A stretch of DNA of 64,000 nt from Octopus sinensis (lineage: Eukaryota). The notes under the pieces are model-generated. The model had not been told where the DNA came from, made no database searches, and worked only from the letters and a program-made list of their open reading frames with translations. Below are positions 40,540-52,929 of the stretch, one piece after another. The stretch lies in contig NC_043009.1 in the NCBI RefSeq assembly GCF_006345805.1, positions 52,576,001 through 52,640,000 of the forward strand, given 5' to 3'. Positions within the stretch are counted from its first letter, which is position 1, and each line of letters opens with the position of its first letter. A program made the position numbers and the translations under genes.

Positions 40540-41175
40540 AATGAAGCTGAATACATCAAGTAACTTCAGTATATGTAATTTGGAAGCAGCAATAAACCAC
40601 ATTTTATCTGGTTGCTCTGTCTAAGGCAAGAAAATACGTCTAGAGTCATAACAAAGCTAAAACTTAGGAAATCATACCAGCATTATGAAATACCAACAAG
40701 AAATATAGATTATATATACACAAGATTATATATATACAACAAATTATCTCAGAAATTGAGAACGTGGCTGTAGTTTGAGATATTTCGATATACACAGACA
40801 GGAAGATCATGGCTAATGTATCAGATATTGTGATCAAGAACGACTGAGGAAAAAATATACTCCCGAGTCAGCGTATCTGTCCCAGTAGCTGATGTTGTAT
40901 CTCTGCAAAAAAATGGAGAAATTATTAAGTGAAACAAATCTGAAAATAAAGATAACCAGAATACGGACACTGAAATCAGAAACATTCCCTGTACAAAATG
41001 CCTTGGAGATGATTAAAAAAAGGGGACAGATAAGTGCATATCCAAAACTCAGTTTATATACAGACATAATATAGAGTAAATAAACACTGTACATTATGTA
41101 GTTTTAAAAAATGTTGAATCAAAATATAATGCACACCCAAGACACACAGGACTGCTCTCGGAAGGGCAGCGAAAA
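40540..41175 (+). mobile_element. Decayed R4/Dong-like RLE fragment
   Basis: ICNLEAAINHILSGC zinc-knuckle-like segment, DIVIK, IRTLKSETFPV..ALEMIKK; runs into (AAT)n. Confidence 0.6.
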
Positions 41176-41194
41176 TAGTAATAATAATAATAAT

Positions 41195-41612
41195 GGTTTC
41201 AAATTTTGCCACAAGGGAAGCAATTTGGGGGTGGGGAATGAATCGATTACGTCGACCCCAGTGTTCAAATGGTACTTATTTTATCGACTCCGTAAGGATA
41301 AAAGGCAAAATCGACATCAGCGGAATTTGAACTCAGGACATAGCGACGGACGAAATACCGCTAAGCTGTATTTCGTCCAGCACGCTAGCGATTCAGCTCG
41401 TTCGCTACCTTAATAATAATAATAATAATAATAAACTTTTCTACTATATGCACACTTGAAATGTGGTTGGAGGGGCAAGTCGATTACATCGGTCTCAGTA
41501 TTTGACTACTATTTATATCATCGACCTCGAACGGACGAAAGGCAATGTCGACTTCGGTGGAATTTAAACTCAGAATGTGTGCCGCTAAGCATTTCGTCCG
41601 GCATGCTAACTA
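41195..41612 (-). mobile_element. Two degenerate Meta-domain-like SINEs
   Basis: GGTACTTATTTTATCGAC..AAGGCAA..GGAATTT..CTCAG..GCTAAGC motifs occur twice, separated by (AAT)n. Confidence 0.7.
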
Positions 41613-41998
41613 TTTAGCCGTCTTTTCCATATGAAGTATAATTCTTTCTACGATAGCCAAGAGGCTAGCAGTTTTAGGAGGAAAGCTGTCAATTGCTTGT
41701 TGCACTATACAATGTGGTCGCTGGAAGGTTAAACCATAGCATTTAATCAGGGTTTCGTGTAAGGCTCGAACGACAATAGCCTCTGAGTGATCCAAGTAGA
41801 CTTTGCCTTTCATCCTTTCGAAGTTAAAATAAAGTACCACTCAAGTAATATGGTCAATGTAATTGACTAGCCTTGTGCTTATGGTAGGAATAAATTGTTG
41901 TTGTTGCTGCTGTCTTCTTCTTCTTCTTCTCCTTCTTCTTCTACTTCTTCTTCTATTTCTTCTCCTTCTTCTTCTACTTCTTCTTCTACTTCTTCTTC

Positions 41999-42030
<32 letters not shown>

Positions 42031-42389
42031 CTTCTTCTTCTTCTTCTTCTTCTTCTTCTTTTTCTTCTTCTTTTTCTTCTTCTTTTTCTTCTTCTTCTAC
42101 TTCTTCCAATCAAGACTCACACCATTAGCCACAAAGAATAATCTCTAATTCGAGCCTACTCTAAGCTCATAAGAATGCGTGTGGCAACTTGAAGATCCAC
42201 CCATATCACGCGATAAACAGGCGGTTGCACGGGCGCGAAAGCTACGTTGTTATCCTCATTCCGAAAACGGTGGCTTTTAACGGGTGGAGAATTGAACCTC
42301 CCTGGGGTACAGAGGATTCGCAATCTAGACTATGCTCTGAAAGTTTACCACACCATAGTGGGTTACACCATGCTTCCTCTGCTTTGTAG

Positions 42390-42559
42390 CAGAAGTAGGA
42401 AGAAAGAGTGAGAGAAAGTTGGGGTGAAAGAGTACAGCGGTGTTCACCCCACCTCCCGCCGGAGCCTCGTGGAGCTTAAGTGTTTTTGCTCTATAAACAC
42501 TCACAGTGCCCGGTCTGGGAATCGAAACCGCCCTAACCACTGGGCCATTGCGCCTCCAC
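42390..42559 (-). mobile_element. tRNA-Arg-headed SINE 5' part with small internal deletion
   Basis: Matches ~1880-2072 but lacks the anticodon-arm segment; continues into an unrelated body at ~42170-42390. Confidence 0.75.
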
Positions 42560-43267
42560 TGTTGTTTATGTTGCTATAGGTTGTTGTTGATATTGTCATG
42601 GGTAGTATGTTGGCTATATCGGCAGAGCATCAGATAAAATGATGACGATACCATGACAATGGCAAACATTAATGATGATGATGATGATGAAGGCGTTGGA
42701 GATATATGGTGAATCGTAACGATGATGATGGTGATAATGATAAAGATGACGACGATAATGATGATGACAAAGATGAGATATTCGTAACACACTACCTGTA
42801 CTGTTTACTTATCTAAGAGCAAGATCACAGTACACTAGTTTTACCAAAAGATACTATCACTACTGTTGTCTATACATAGATACACTTCCCTACGACTGAT
42901 ATTAACAACCACAGTTAAATACACATAGATATATGAACTTAGTTATCTTACAAATTGATACGTTAACTTAAAACAGTGGTTATTTACGTATAGATACATT
43001 AAATTACACCAGCGCAATTATATATACGTAAATATATTCACTTAACTCTACAACAGTCATCTTCACATACACAAGCCATTGCTACTACTACTACTACTAC
43101 TTTCCACATATAGACGCATTAACTGCTTTTACTACAATTATCAACACATTTATACATTAGTTTACACTGGCACAGTTAGTTATACATAGATATATTAAAT
43201 AGCGCTACTCCTCATCTTCGCATACGTACATTAACTTATACTGCTATGTAGATACTATTATCTACAT

Positions 43268-43433
43268 AGGTGCAGGAGTGGCTGAGTGGTAAGTACCTTG
43301 CTTCCCAACCACATGGTTCCGGGTTCAGTCCCACTGCGTGGCACATTGGGCAAGTGTCTTCTGCTATAGCTTCGGGGCGACCAAAGCCTTGTGAGTGGAT
43401 TCGGTAGACGGAAACTGAAAGAAGCCCGTCGTA

Positions 43434-43482
<49 letters not shown>

Positions 43483-43650
43483 TGTCGCTCCAACATCGCT
43501 TCACAACCGCTAAGTTACGTTCCCGTAACTAGGCTGTTCGGCAATAGAGACCGATAGAATAAGTACTAGGCTTACAAAGAGTAAGTTCTGGGGTCGATTT
43601 TCTCCACTAAAGACGGTGCTCCAGTCAAATGACTGAAACAAATAAAAGAA
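43268..43650 (+). mobile_element. CORE-like SINE with internal (TG)n
   Basis: Homologous to 2330-2746. Confidence 0.85.
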
Positions 43651-43707
43651 TATACACACATCACTTCGAATTACTATTACTACCATAGCTATCAACAAAC
43701 AAAAATA

Positions 43708-44106
43708 TTTGTTTCTACTCTAGATACAAGGCCCGAAATTTTGGGGGAGGGGCCAGTCGATTTGATCGACCACAGTACGCAACTGGTACTTAATTTATCG
43801 ACCCCGAAAGGATGAAAGGTAAAGTCGACCTCGGTGGAATTTGAACTTAGAACATAAAGACAAACGAAATATCTATTTCTTTACTACCCACAAGGGGCTA
43901 AACGCAGAAAGGACAAACAAGGACAGACAAACGGATTAAGTCGATTATGTCGACTCCAGTGCATAACTGGTACTTATTTAATCGACCCCGAAAGGATGAA
44001 AGGCAAAGTCGACCTCGGGGGAATTTGAACTCAGAACGTAACGGCAGATGAAATACCACTAAGCATTTCGCCCGGCGTGCTAACGATTCTGCCAGCTCGC
44101 CGCCTT
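43708..44106 (-). mobile_element. Tandem pair of Meta-domain-like SINEs
   Basis: Two copies of CTGGTACTT..ATCGACCCCGAAAGGATGAAAGG; AAACA(A/G)AAATATT on both flanks. Confidence 0.85.
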
Positions 44107-44629
44107 AGCAAACAGAAATATTAACTTATATCACTACCACACAGAAGAATGTTTCTTCCTGCATTCACGTTCATTTTTTTTCTACAATCACTTTCTATCA
44201 TGATTAGTCTACTTATGAACACTACTTGAGTGTAATGCTTCACATATAAAAAAAAAAAAACAGGTATACACTCAATACGGCTATACTTCTACAAACACTA
44301 CATTTCAAACAATAAACAGCTTTCTCTTTTTAGCTCGCGATTTATATAAACAATCACTAACAAAATAAGCATTTCTTTTCCGGGAGTAATTTCACAGCCA
44401 ACTCCAGAAAACTTAGCCTTGTGCAACAAGAAAATGGTCACATACAATATTTAGTCGTATACTAGTACTAATAATCTAGGTTCCTGTTCGTTTATTAACT
44501 TAATCCCTGTATGAACCCAAACAATCTTTCTGTATGTTTACAGCCGCTTACATACTTTCTAGAAAATCTATATCTTTATAACACGTGGTGTACCCTTGGT
44601 GGTCGACTATCATAGAGGGGACAATACCT

Positions 44630-44862
44630 ATTTCTTTATTACCCACAAGGGGCTAAACACAGAGGGGACAAACAAGGACAGACATAGGTATTAAGTCGAT
44701 TACATCGACCCCAGTGCGTAACTGGTACTTAATTTATCGACCCCGAAAGGATGAAAGGCAAAGTCGACCTCGGCGGAATTTGAACTCACAACGTAACGCA
44801 GACGAAATACCGCTAAGCATTTCGCCCGGCGTGCTAACGTTTCTGCCAGCTCGCCGCCTTAT
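44630..44862 (-). mobile_element. Full-length young Meta-domain-like SINE with 17-bp TSD
   Basis: TAGAGGGGACAATACCT at 44613-44629 and 44863-44879. Confidence 0.92.
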
Positions 44863-45725
44863 TAGAGGGGACAATACCTTCTAGATCAAGTTGCGGTGGT
44901 TTTAAAAGTTTGGAATTTACATCAAAATGTAAAGGTGTACATAGTATACACATATTTTATTTTATCTACACAAAAAATCTTAAGGTTTCTTGTCGTAGGT
45001 AGCCATGTATAGTGTTATTTCATTCTTCTTTCGAATCGTCAGCATGGCATAACTTGAAACAAATAAATTAAGCTAAACTCAACATTTTATGAAGTTAGAC
45101 TTTCTTTAGAGAGAGATAATAGTTTACAATTTAAAAGGCATTTCCTTCTTTTTTAATCCTAGATTGTTAATTATTCAATAAAAAGGTACAATTACATAAG
45201 TATTATTTGTATAATTGTATATCTTAAGATGTTTTAAATTCACTTGGATTGTCTCTCCGCTGTACACTAATATCATTTTGACCGAGTCTTCGACGTCTTC
45301 TCAAATGCAGCTTACATGAAAACACCAATCATTGTTTACCTCGTAAAAGGCTGTGACATGTATTAACATATTACTCACGTATATATATATATGGGTGAGT
45401 CAAAAAGTAATGCGAATAAAGATTGCATTACCTTATGACCTACTCTCGTGTAAGATCTATTCACCAGTTGCTATGATTAAGTAGTGCATATTAATCCCTT
45501 TAATAGAGGCACTAATTGGCTTCGGAATTTGTATGTAATTGGCATAGTTTTAGAGTATTTTCATAAAACGAAAATTAAATTCTTCCCCTACTTTGAATAC
45601 CTAAATATTAAATGTTTTATCTGAGTTCACATTGTTAAAATATCAATACCTTTGTAAAAGAAGAAAAAGAAAAGGAACTGATGTCCAATTTAAACAAAAC
45701 ACATACGCATACGCACATTCACATG

Positions 45726-45765
<40 letters not shown>

Positions 45766-46287
45766 TACACATACGCACATAATTACACGATATTCACCAA
45801 CAAATTATCTACAACAAACAAATATGCATTCGAATTTTTATGATCGATTTTAGCCAGTGAGATGAATATCTATAATTACGTTGCCTCAACCCGACCTCAC
45901 TATCACCACACACACACGGAAAGAAAGTCTCTGTCTTGTGTTTTTAAATCGATGACTTTGAGCCTCTCCTTCACCTATGTTGTTTACAACTAATAACCAG
46001 TTTCTCTCTATACATTAGTTCTTTTCCTCACCAATTATTTAGCTCCTCCTATTTCGATTAAATTTTACGAGTGTAATCTCATCTATTCTCTGATACAGAT
46101 CGCGAAAGCATATTCACGTGAAAGCTAAGTTATACTCAAGGATTGTACAAAAGTTAAAGATTTAACTCTACACAGTGTTTTGAGTCCTTTATCAGACACT
46201 GTTTCACAAGTTTTCAATATATCTGTGTGCATTATGAAAATCACATATATATATATACGTATGTATGCATGTATGTATGTATGTATG

Positions 46288-46526
46288 TATTTCTTTATTG
46301 CCCACAAGGGGCTAAACATAGAGGGGACAAACAAGGACAGACAAAGGGATTAAGTCGACACATCGACCCCCCCCCCCAGTGCGAAACTGGTACTTTATTT
46401 ATCGACCACGAAAGGATGAAAGGTAAAGTCGACCTCGGCGGAATTTGAACTCAGAACGTAACGACAGACGAAATACCGCTAAGCATTTCGCCCGGCGCGC
46501 TAACGAGTCTGCCTGCACGCCGCCTT
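46288..46526 (-). mobile_element. Meta-domain-like SINE in (TATG)n
   Basis: Homologous to 44630-44862; TACGTATGTATG on both flanks. Confidence 0.85.
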
Positions 46527-46564
46527 TGTACGTATGTATGTATGTATGTATGTTGTGTTTATCT

Positions 46565-46780
46565 ATGTGTGTTTTTGTGTCAGTGTTTGTCCCCTACCAC
46601 CGCTTCACAACAAGCGTTGGTGTGTTTATGTTCCCGTAACGAAGCGGTTCAGCAAAGAAACCAATAGAATAAGCACTAGGCTTTAACGAAAAAACAAGTC
46701 CCGGAGTCGATTTGTTTCACTAAAGCCCTTCAGGGTGATGTCCCAGCATGGCCGCAGACAAATGACAGAAATGAAAGATA
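46565..46780 (+). mobile_element. 3' half of CORE-like SINE
   Basis: Similar to 2555-2746. Confidence 0.7.
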
Positions 46781-46823
46781 AAACACACACGCACACACAT
46801 ACACAAGCACACACACATATTTA

Positions 46824-47700
<877 letters not shown>

Positions 47701-47885
47701 ACACACACACACAACACATACACACACACACTCACACACACATATACACATACATATATATATATATATGTTTGTATCCGTCTTTCCCATTGGAGCAGAC
47801 TTTATCTTTCATCTTTCAGGAATCAATAAATTGGTGCACCTGTGAAACACAAAGAATCGATTCAGTCGACTGTAGCTTCCATTCG

Positions 47886-48109
47886 AAACTAGTGAGACGG
47901 TCAAACTAATATGTAATTAGCTTTTCATAAATCAAGAGATGGTCACAACACATTTAATGGTCTGTAACCGTTCTTAAACTAGTGAGACGATCACCCAATA
48001 TTTAATGGCTTATTGCCCTTCTTAAACCAATAAGATGGTCACACCGTTATTCAATCGAATGTAGCCCTCCCTAAAACCGATTAGAAGGTCCCATAATACT
48101 TAATGGACT
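47886..48109. repeat. Degenerate ~49-bp tandem repeat
   Basis: Recurring AAAC.A.T.AGA.GGTCA..AATATTTAATGG units, about five copies. Confidence 0.6.
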
Positions 48110-48322
48110 GAAGGCGGCGAGCTGGCAGATTCGTTAGCACTCCGGACAAATTGCTTAGCGGCATTTCGTCCGTCTTTACGTTCTGAGTTCAAGTTCCGCC
48201 GAGGTTTGCTTTGCCTTTCATCCTTTTGGGGTCGATAAAATAAGTACCAGTTGAGTACCAGCTGAGCCCTGGGGCGGGGGTCGATATAATCGACTTGTCC
48301 CCTTCCCCGAAATTCTAAACCA
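48110..48322 (+). mobile_element. Meta-domain-like SINE with TSD
   Basis: AAGGCGGCGAGCTGGCAG head; AATACTTAATGGACT / AATATTTAATGGACT flanks. Confidence 0.85.
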
Positions 48323-48439
48323 ATATTTAATGGACTAAGTATTTAGCCCTTTCAATATTAACCCGCCAGAGACCACCGCTGGTTCTATGATACGAACCTC
48401 CTGTTTAAGATGATCTGAATTAAACCCTTCCTTTTAAAT

Positions 48440-48705
48440 AGTGGTGGTGCGTGGCTTAGTGGTTAGGGAGTTGGGCTCATGATCGTAAGATTGTGGTTTC
48501 GATTCCTGTTCCGGGCAATGCGTTTTATTCTTGAGCAAAACACTGCATTTTACGTTGTTCCAATCCACTTCGCTTGCAAAAATTAGTAATCCTGCGACGG
48601 GCCGGCGTTCTATCAAGATTGAGAATTTGTACGCCATGAAACCGGGAAACCAGTCCTTATTAGTCGATGTGACCCGAGAAGGTAACTTTACCTTTACCTT
48701 TACTT
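48440..48705 (+). mobile_element. tRNA-headed V-domain-like SINE nested in a MITE-like repeat
   Basis: Homologous to 22771-23021; tail ACTTTACCTTTACCTTTAC. Confidence 0.75.
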
Positions 48706-49757
48706 CCATGTAAATATTAGGTTTATTTATGATCTAAACACCTGCTTAATGGTGACGAATTCATTTTAATAAATTATCTCTTCATATTGAAACATTATTG
48801 AAACAGCGAAAGTGTATTTCAACAGAAATATGCTAACAAAGTGCAATATGCAACAAGTGTCGCCTCTAGAGTAAGCTAAAAAGAATAATTAATTAATTAA
48901 AATAGTTTCACCACGAAGGTGAGGAATGGAAGGTTTAACTGTAAGGGCAAGATGTGACGGAGGAGTGATGAGATAAAATATATTATTATGCTAACACACA
49001 CACATACAGTGGGAAACAGAGAGAGAGGGGGAGACAGTGAGAGAGACATATAGTGATGGGATCAGTGGATAAGACTTCATGGGAGAAATGACATGGTTGA
49101 TGAATGTGGCACCAATATCGAAGGTAAGACGGTTGCGGAGAGATCGGGAGAGAGGAGTATGAATCAAAAATTGTGTGAGGACAACTAGAAGAAGGTGTTT
49201 GTGTACAAAAGTAAACAGTGGAGGTCAGAAGTAATAAGAGAAACACAGAGGATAGATACAGGAGAGGGAAAGACAGATTGAGGGGAAGAGAGAGTACATT
49301 CAGAGATAGACAGAGAAGCTGATAGAGAGAGAGAGAGAGAAGTGCAGAGATTGGAAGACAGAGAGAGAGAGAGAGAGAGAGAGATGAGACAGCTAGAGAT
49401 AGAGAGATAGGTATGGTTGTACATGAAGTGAATGAGAGGTGATTTGAAAGATGAAAGTTGTAAGACCAAAAAAAAATTCTGTTTTTTCTGTTTGACTGAA
49501 GAATTTTTTTTTCTTTTCTTCTATTAAAAAATCACTTTAAAATCTCAAAAATCTGAAGTTAGATTTCATTAGATTGACTTTCTAGGGAATAATTTTTTTT
49601 TTCATTTATGGTTATATAATTTTTTCTATTTTATCTTCTTCTTCTTTTTTTTATTTATTATTATTATTATAATTTTTATTATTATTATTATCATTATTAT
49701 TATTATTATTTTTATTATTATTATTATTATTATTGTTATTATTATTATTACTATTAC

Positions 49758-49795
<38 letters not shown>

Positions 49796-50177
49796 TATTA
49801 TTATTATTGTATTACTTTCTTTTGTTTTGCAGAACAGTTTAACATTCGTGTCGTCTTTGTTTTATTTCTAATGACTTGTTTTTTTCTGTCGTTGTCATCG
49901 CTGTCTTCTTGATGTTGTTTCTGTTGTTGTTATAGTTCCTGACAGTGTTTTTTTTTCTCTCCTTTGTTAACGTTGCCGTCCTTTGGTTTTTATTGTTGTT
50001 TTTTTATTGAAGTTGTCCAAACCGTTTTTGTTGTCCATGTCCTCATTCTGCCTTTTATCCTTCTTCTTTTACTTCCTCCTTCCCTTTGCATCCTCATTAC
50101 CATTTTCTTCTATCTCTTTTTCGTCCTCTATTTGTAATTTTTCATTTTTATTTTAAAGTATTCTCCTCCTCCCCATT

Positions 50178-50217
<40 letters not shown>

Positions 50218-50527
50218 CTATCTTCCTTATCATTTCCTCCTTTTCTCTTTCTCATACCTCTCATTTTCCACATCCTCCTCTTTCTACTTTCCTCCGTTTT
50301 CCCCATCCTCCTCCACCTTCTAACTATTCTCCTCTTCCTTCTTACCATCACCTTCCTCCTACTTCTTATTGTCTGTTAAAATCTCACATACCAATAATTA
50401 CTTTAAAAACAATAAACTTAACTATAATTTACTTCTTCCCACATCAAACCTTCCCCCTCATATTATTATTGTCTTCTTTTTCTATCTCTATCTCTCTTTC
50501 CCCATCTTCCTTCCTCTCTCCCCCCCC

Positions 50528-50578
<51 letters not shown>

Positions 50579-50959
50579 TTTTTCTTTTTCTTTTCTTTCC
50601 CTAATTTCGACTCCTAGATACTTATTTTTTATCATCATTCACTCTCATTTGACCTCTCTCTATATCTGTTTTTCTGGTCTGTCACTTTTACTGGCTCTCT
50701 ATCTATCTCTCTATCATAAAACGTTGCTACGGTTGCTGCTTGTGTTGTTGTTATTGTCGTTGTTATTGCTTCATAGTTGTTATTCTTGTTTTCGATCCTT
50801 ACTGCTGCTGTTTATGCTATGTTGTTATGCTTCAAGTTGTTATTCTTGGTGTGAGTATTGTTATGGCGCTTGTTGTTGCTATTTTTCTGTTTTAACCTTC
50901 TTTAATTCTAGGATTTTATTTTCTCCTGACCACAATACGCGCAAGCATGTCAGTCTGGA

Positions 50960-51128
50960 TCTCGGTTAAGTCCCACTGTGCGGCCCTTTTTTTGGACAAG
51001 TGTCTTGTACCATACTTCCAGGCTAACCACAGCTTCGAGGTAAATTTATTAAACAGAAACTGAAAGGGAAGAAGCACGTCATATGTGTATGTGTATGTAT
51101 GTGTGTGCTTGTGAGAGTGTTTGTACGT

Positions 51129-51178
<50 letters not shown>

Positions 51179-51400
51179 TGTGTGTGTGCGTGAGTGTGTG
51201 TTTGACCCACCACCGCTTGAAAACTGGTATTGGTTTCTTTACACTCTCTAACTTAGCGGTTCGGCAAAAGAAAATGATAGAGTATGCACCATACTCTAAA
51301 AGTTATATATTCAGGTCGATTTGTTTGACTAAACCCTTTTTTTGGCTGTGTTCCAGCATGGCCATAGACCAATGACTGAAAGAAGTAAAAGATGAAAGAA
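50960..51400 (+). mobile_element. Degenerate CORE-like SINE with internal (TG)n
   Basis: Similar to 2330-2746. Confidence 0.7.
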
Positions 51401-51749
51401 ATGTTGCAACACGCATATTTTTGATTGTTTTAAAGGGGAATCTAACTAATTGGTCGTGACCTAACTGGAGCAAAGCCACAGAGTTTGAGAATGTGGTGTA
51501 TTCAGTAATATATATCCAAGCAATAAAATGGTACTTTATTTTATCGATACCCGAGAGAAATAAAAGGAAATGTATCTTTCGGCAGAATTCAAAATATAAT
51601 GTGATGCGGATTCTACCGATTCTGCCACTCAGTTATTCTATGATCAACCTACCATTTTGTAACTAATCTTCCATTCGGTGACCAATTATTCAGCCTGTCT
51701 CCAGTCTATCACCTTGTGACCAGCATGCCGCTCTGTAACGGGTCTACCG

Positions 51750-52215
51750 CTCGGTGACCAATCTACCACCCTGTGACCAATCGACCACACTGTGACCAAT
51801 CGACCACACTGTGACCAATCGACCACCCTGTGACCAATCGACCATACTGTGAACAATCGACCACACTGAGACCAATCGACCACCCTGTGACCAATCGACC
51901 ATACTGTGACCAATTGACCACACTGAGACCAATCGACCACCCTGTGACCAATCGACCACACTGTGACCAATAGACCACCCTGTGACCAATCGACCACACT
52001 GTGACCAATCGACCGCACTGTGACCAATTGATCACACTGTGACCAATCGACCACATTTTGACCAATCGACCACACTGTGACCAATCGACCACCCTGTGAC
52101 CAATCGACCACACTGTGACCAACCGACCACACTGTGACCAATCGACCACCCTGTGACCAATCGATCACTCTGTGACCAATAGACCCCACTGTGACCAATT
52201 GACCACCCTGTGGCT
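51750..52215. repeat. 19-bp minisatellite (TGTGACCAATCGACCAC[A/C]C)n
   Basis: About 24 well-conserved units, with degenerate units extending to ~51640 and ~52450. Confidence 0.95.
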
Positions 52216-52785
52216 ATTCTACCGCTCTGTAACTATTTTTGTGGCTAATTTACTATTCTATGACTAACCTGCCGCTCTGTGATCAATCTACTGCTCGGTG
52301 ATCAAGTTAAAGTTTTGTGTCCACTCTACTATTCTGTGACCATTCCACCAGTTTTGTCTCCAATCCATCACTCTAGACTTGTTGATCCCTCTACGAACTG
52401 TCCACCTCTCTATGATCAATCATCCACTCTTTAACCAGTCCACCAGTCCATGGTTAATTTATTTCTTAAGGCACAATCCCCCATCCTATAATCTTACAAT
52501 CTACAACCAATTAACCAAATTAGCATTAATCAAAGCTACCCTCTGTTTTTATGTCGAATCCATCTTGGAGTATTTAATTAGTAACATCGATGTCAATCAC
52601 AGAGCATTCTGGTACCTAGACGATCTGCTGGAAATAGCAGACTGCAATAGTGTGCTGTCATCTTTGTTGTTCAACTTGGCTGTTCAACTTGTTTAAAGAA
52701 TATATCAGTTTGTCCGCCGTCACAAGCTCCAAGAATATTTTTTTTTAAGAATTGGTGCCTGAAAATCCCATGCTTGTTGAAAGAA

Positions 52786-52817
<32 letters not shown>

Positions 52818-52929
52818 TATGATGATGATGATGAAATGACGACGACGACGACGACGACGACGATGATGATGATGATGATGATGATGATGAAGATGATGAT
52901 GATGATGATGAGGAGGAGGAGGAGGAGGA

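Noticed and set aside
51686-52198. Trp-rich repeat ORFs / CRISPR-like appearance
   Set aside because: 19-bp period is not a multiple of 3, units abut with no unique spacers, eukaryotic context with no cas genes
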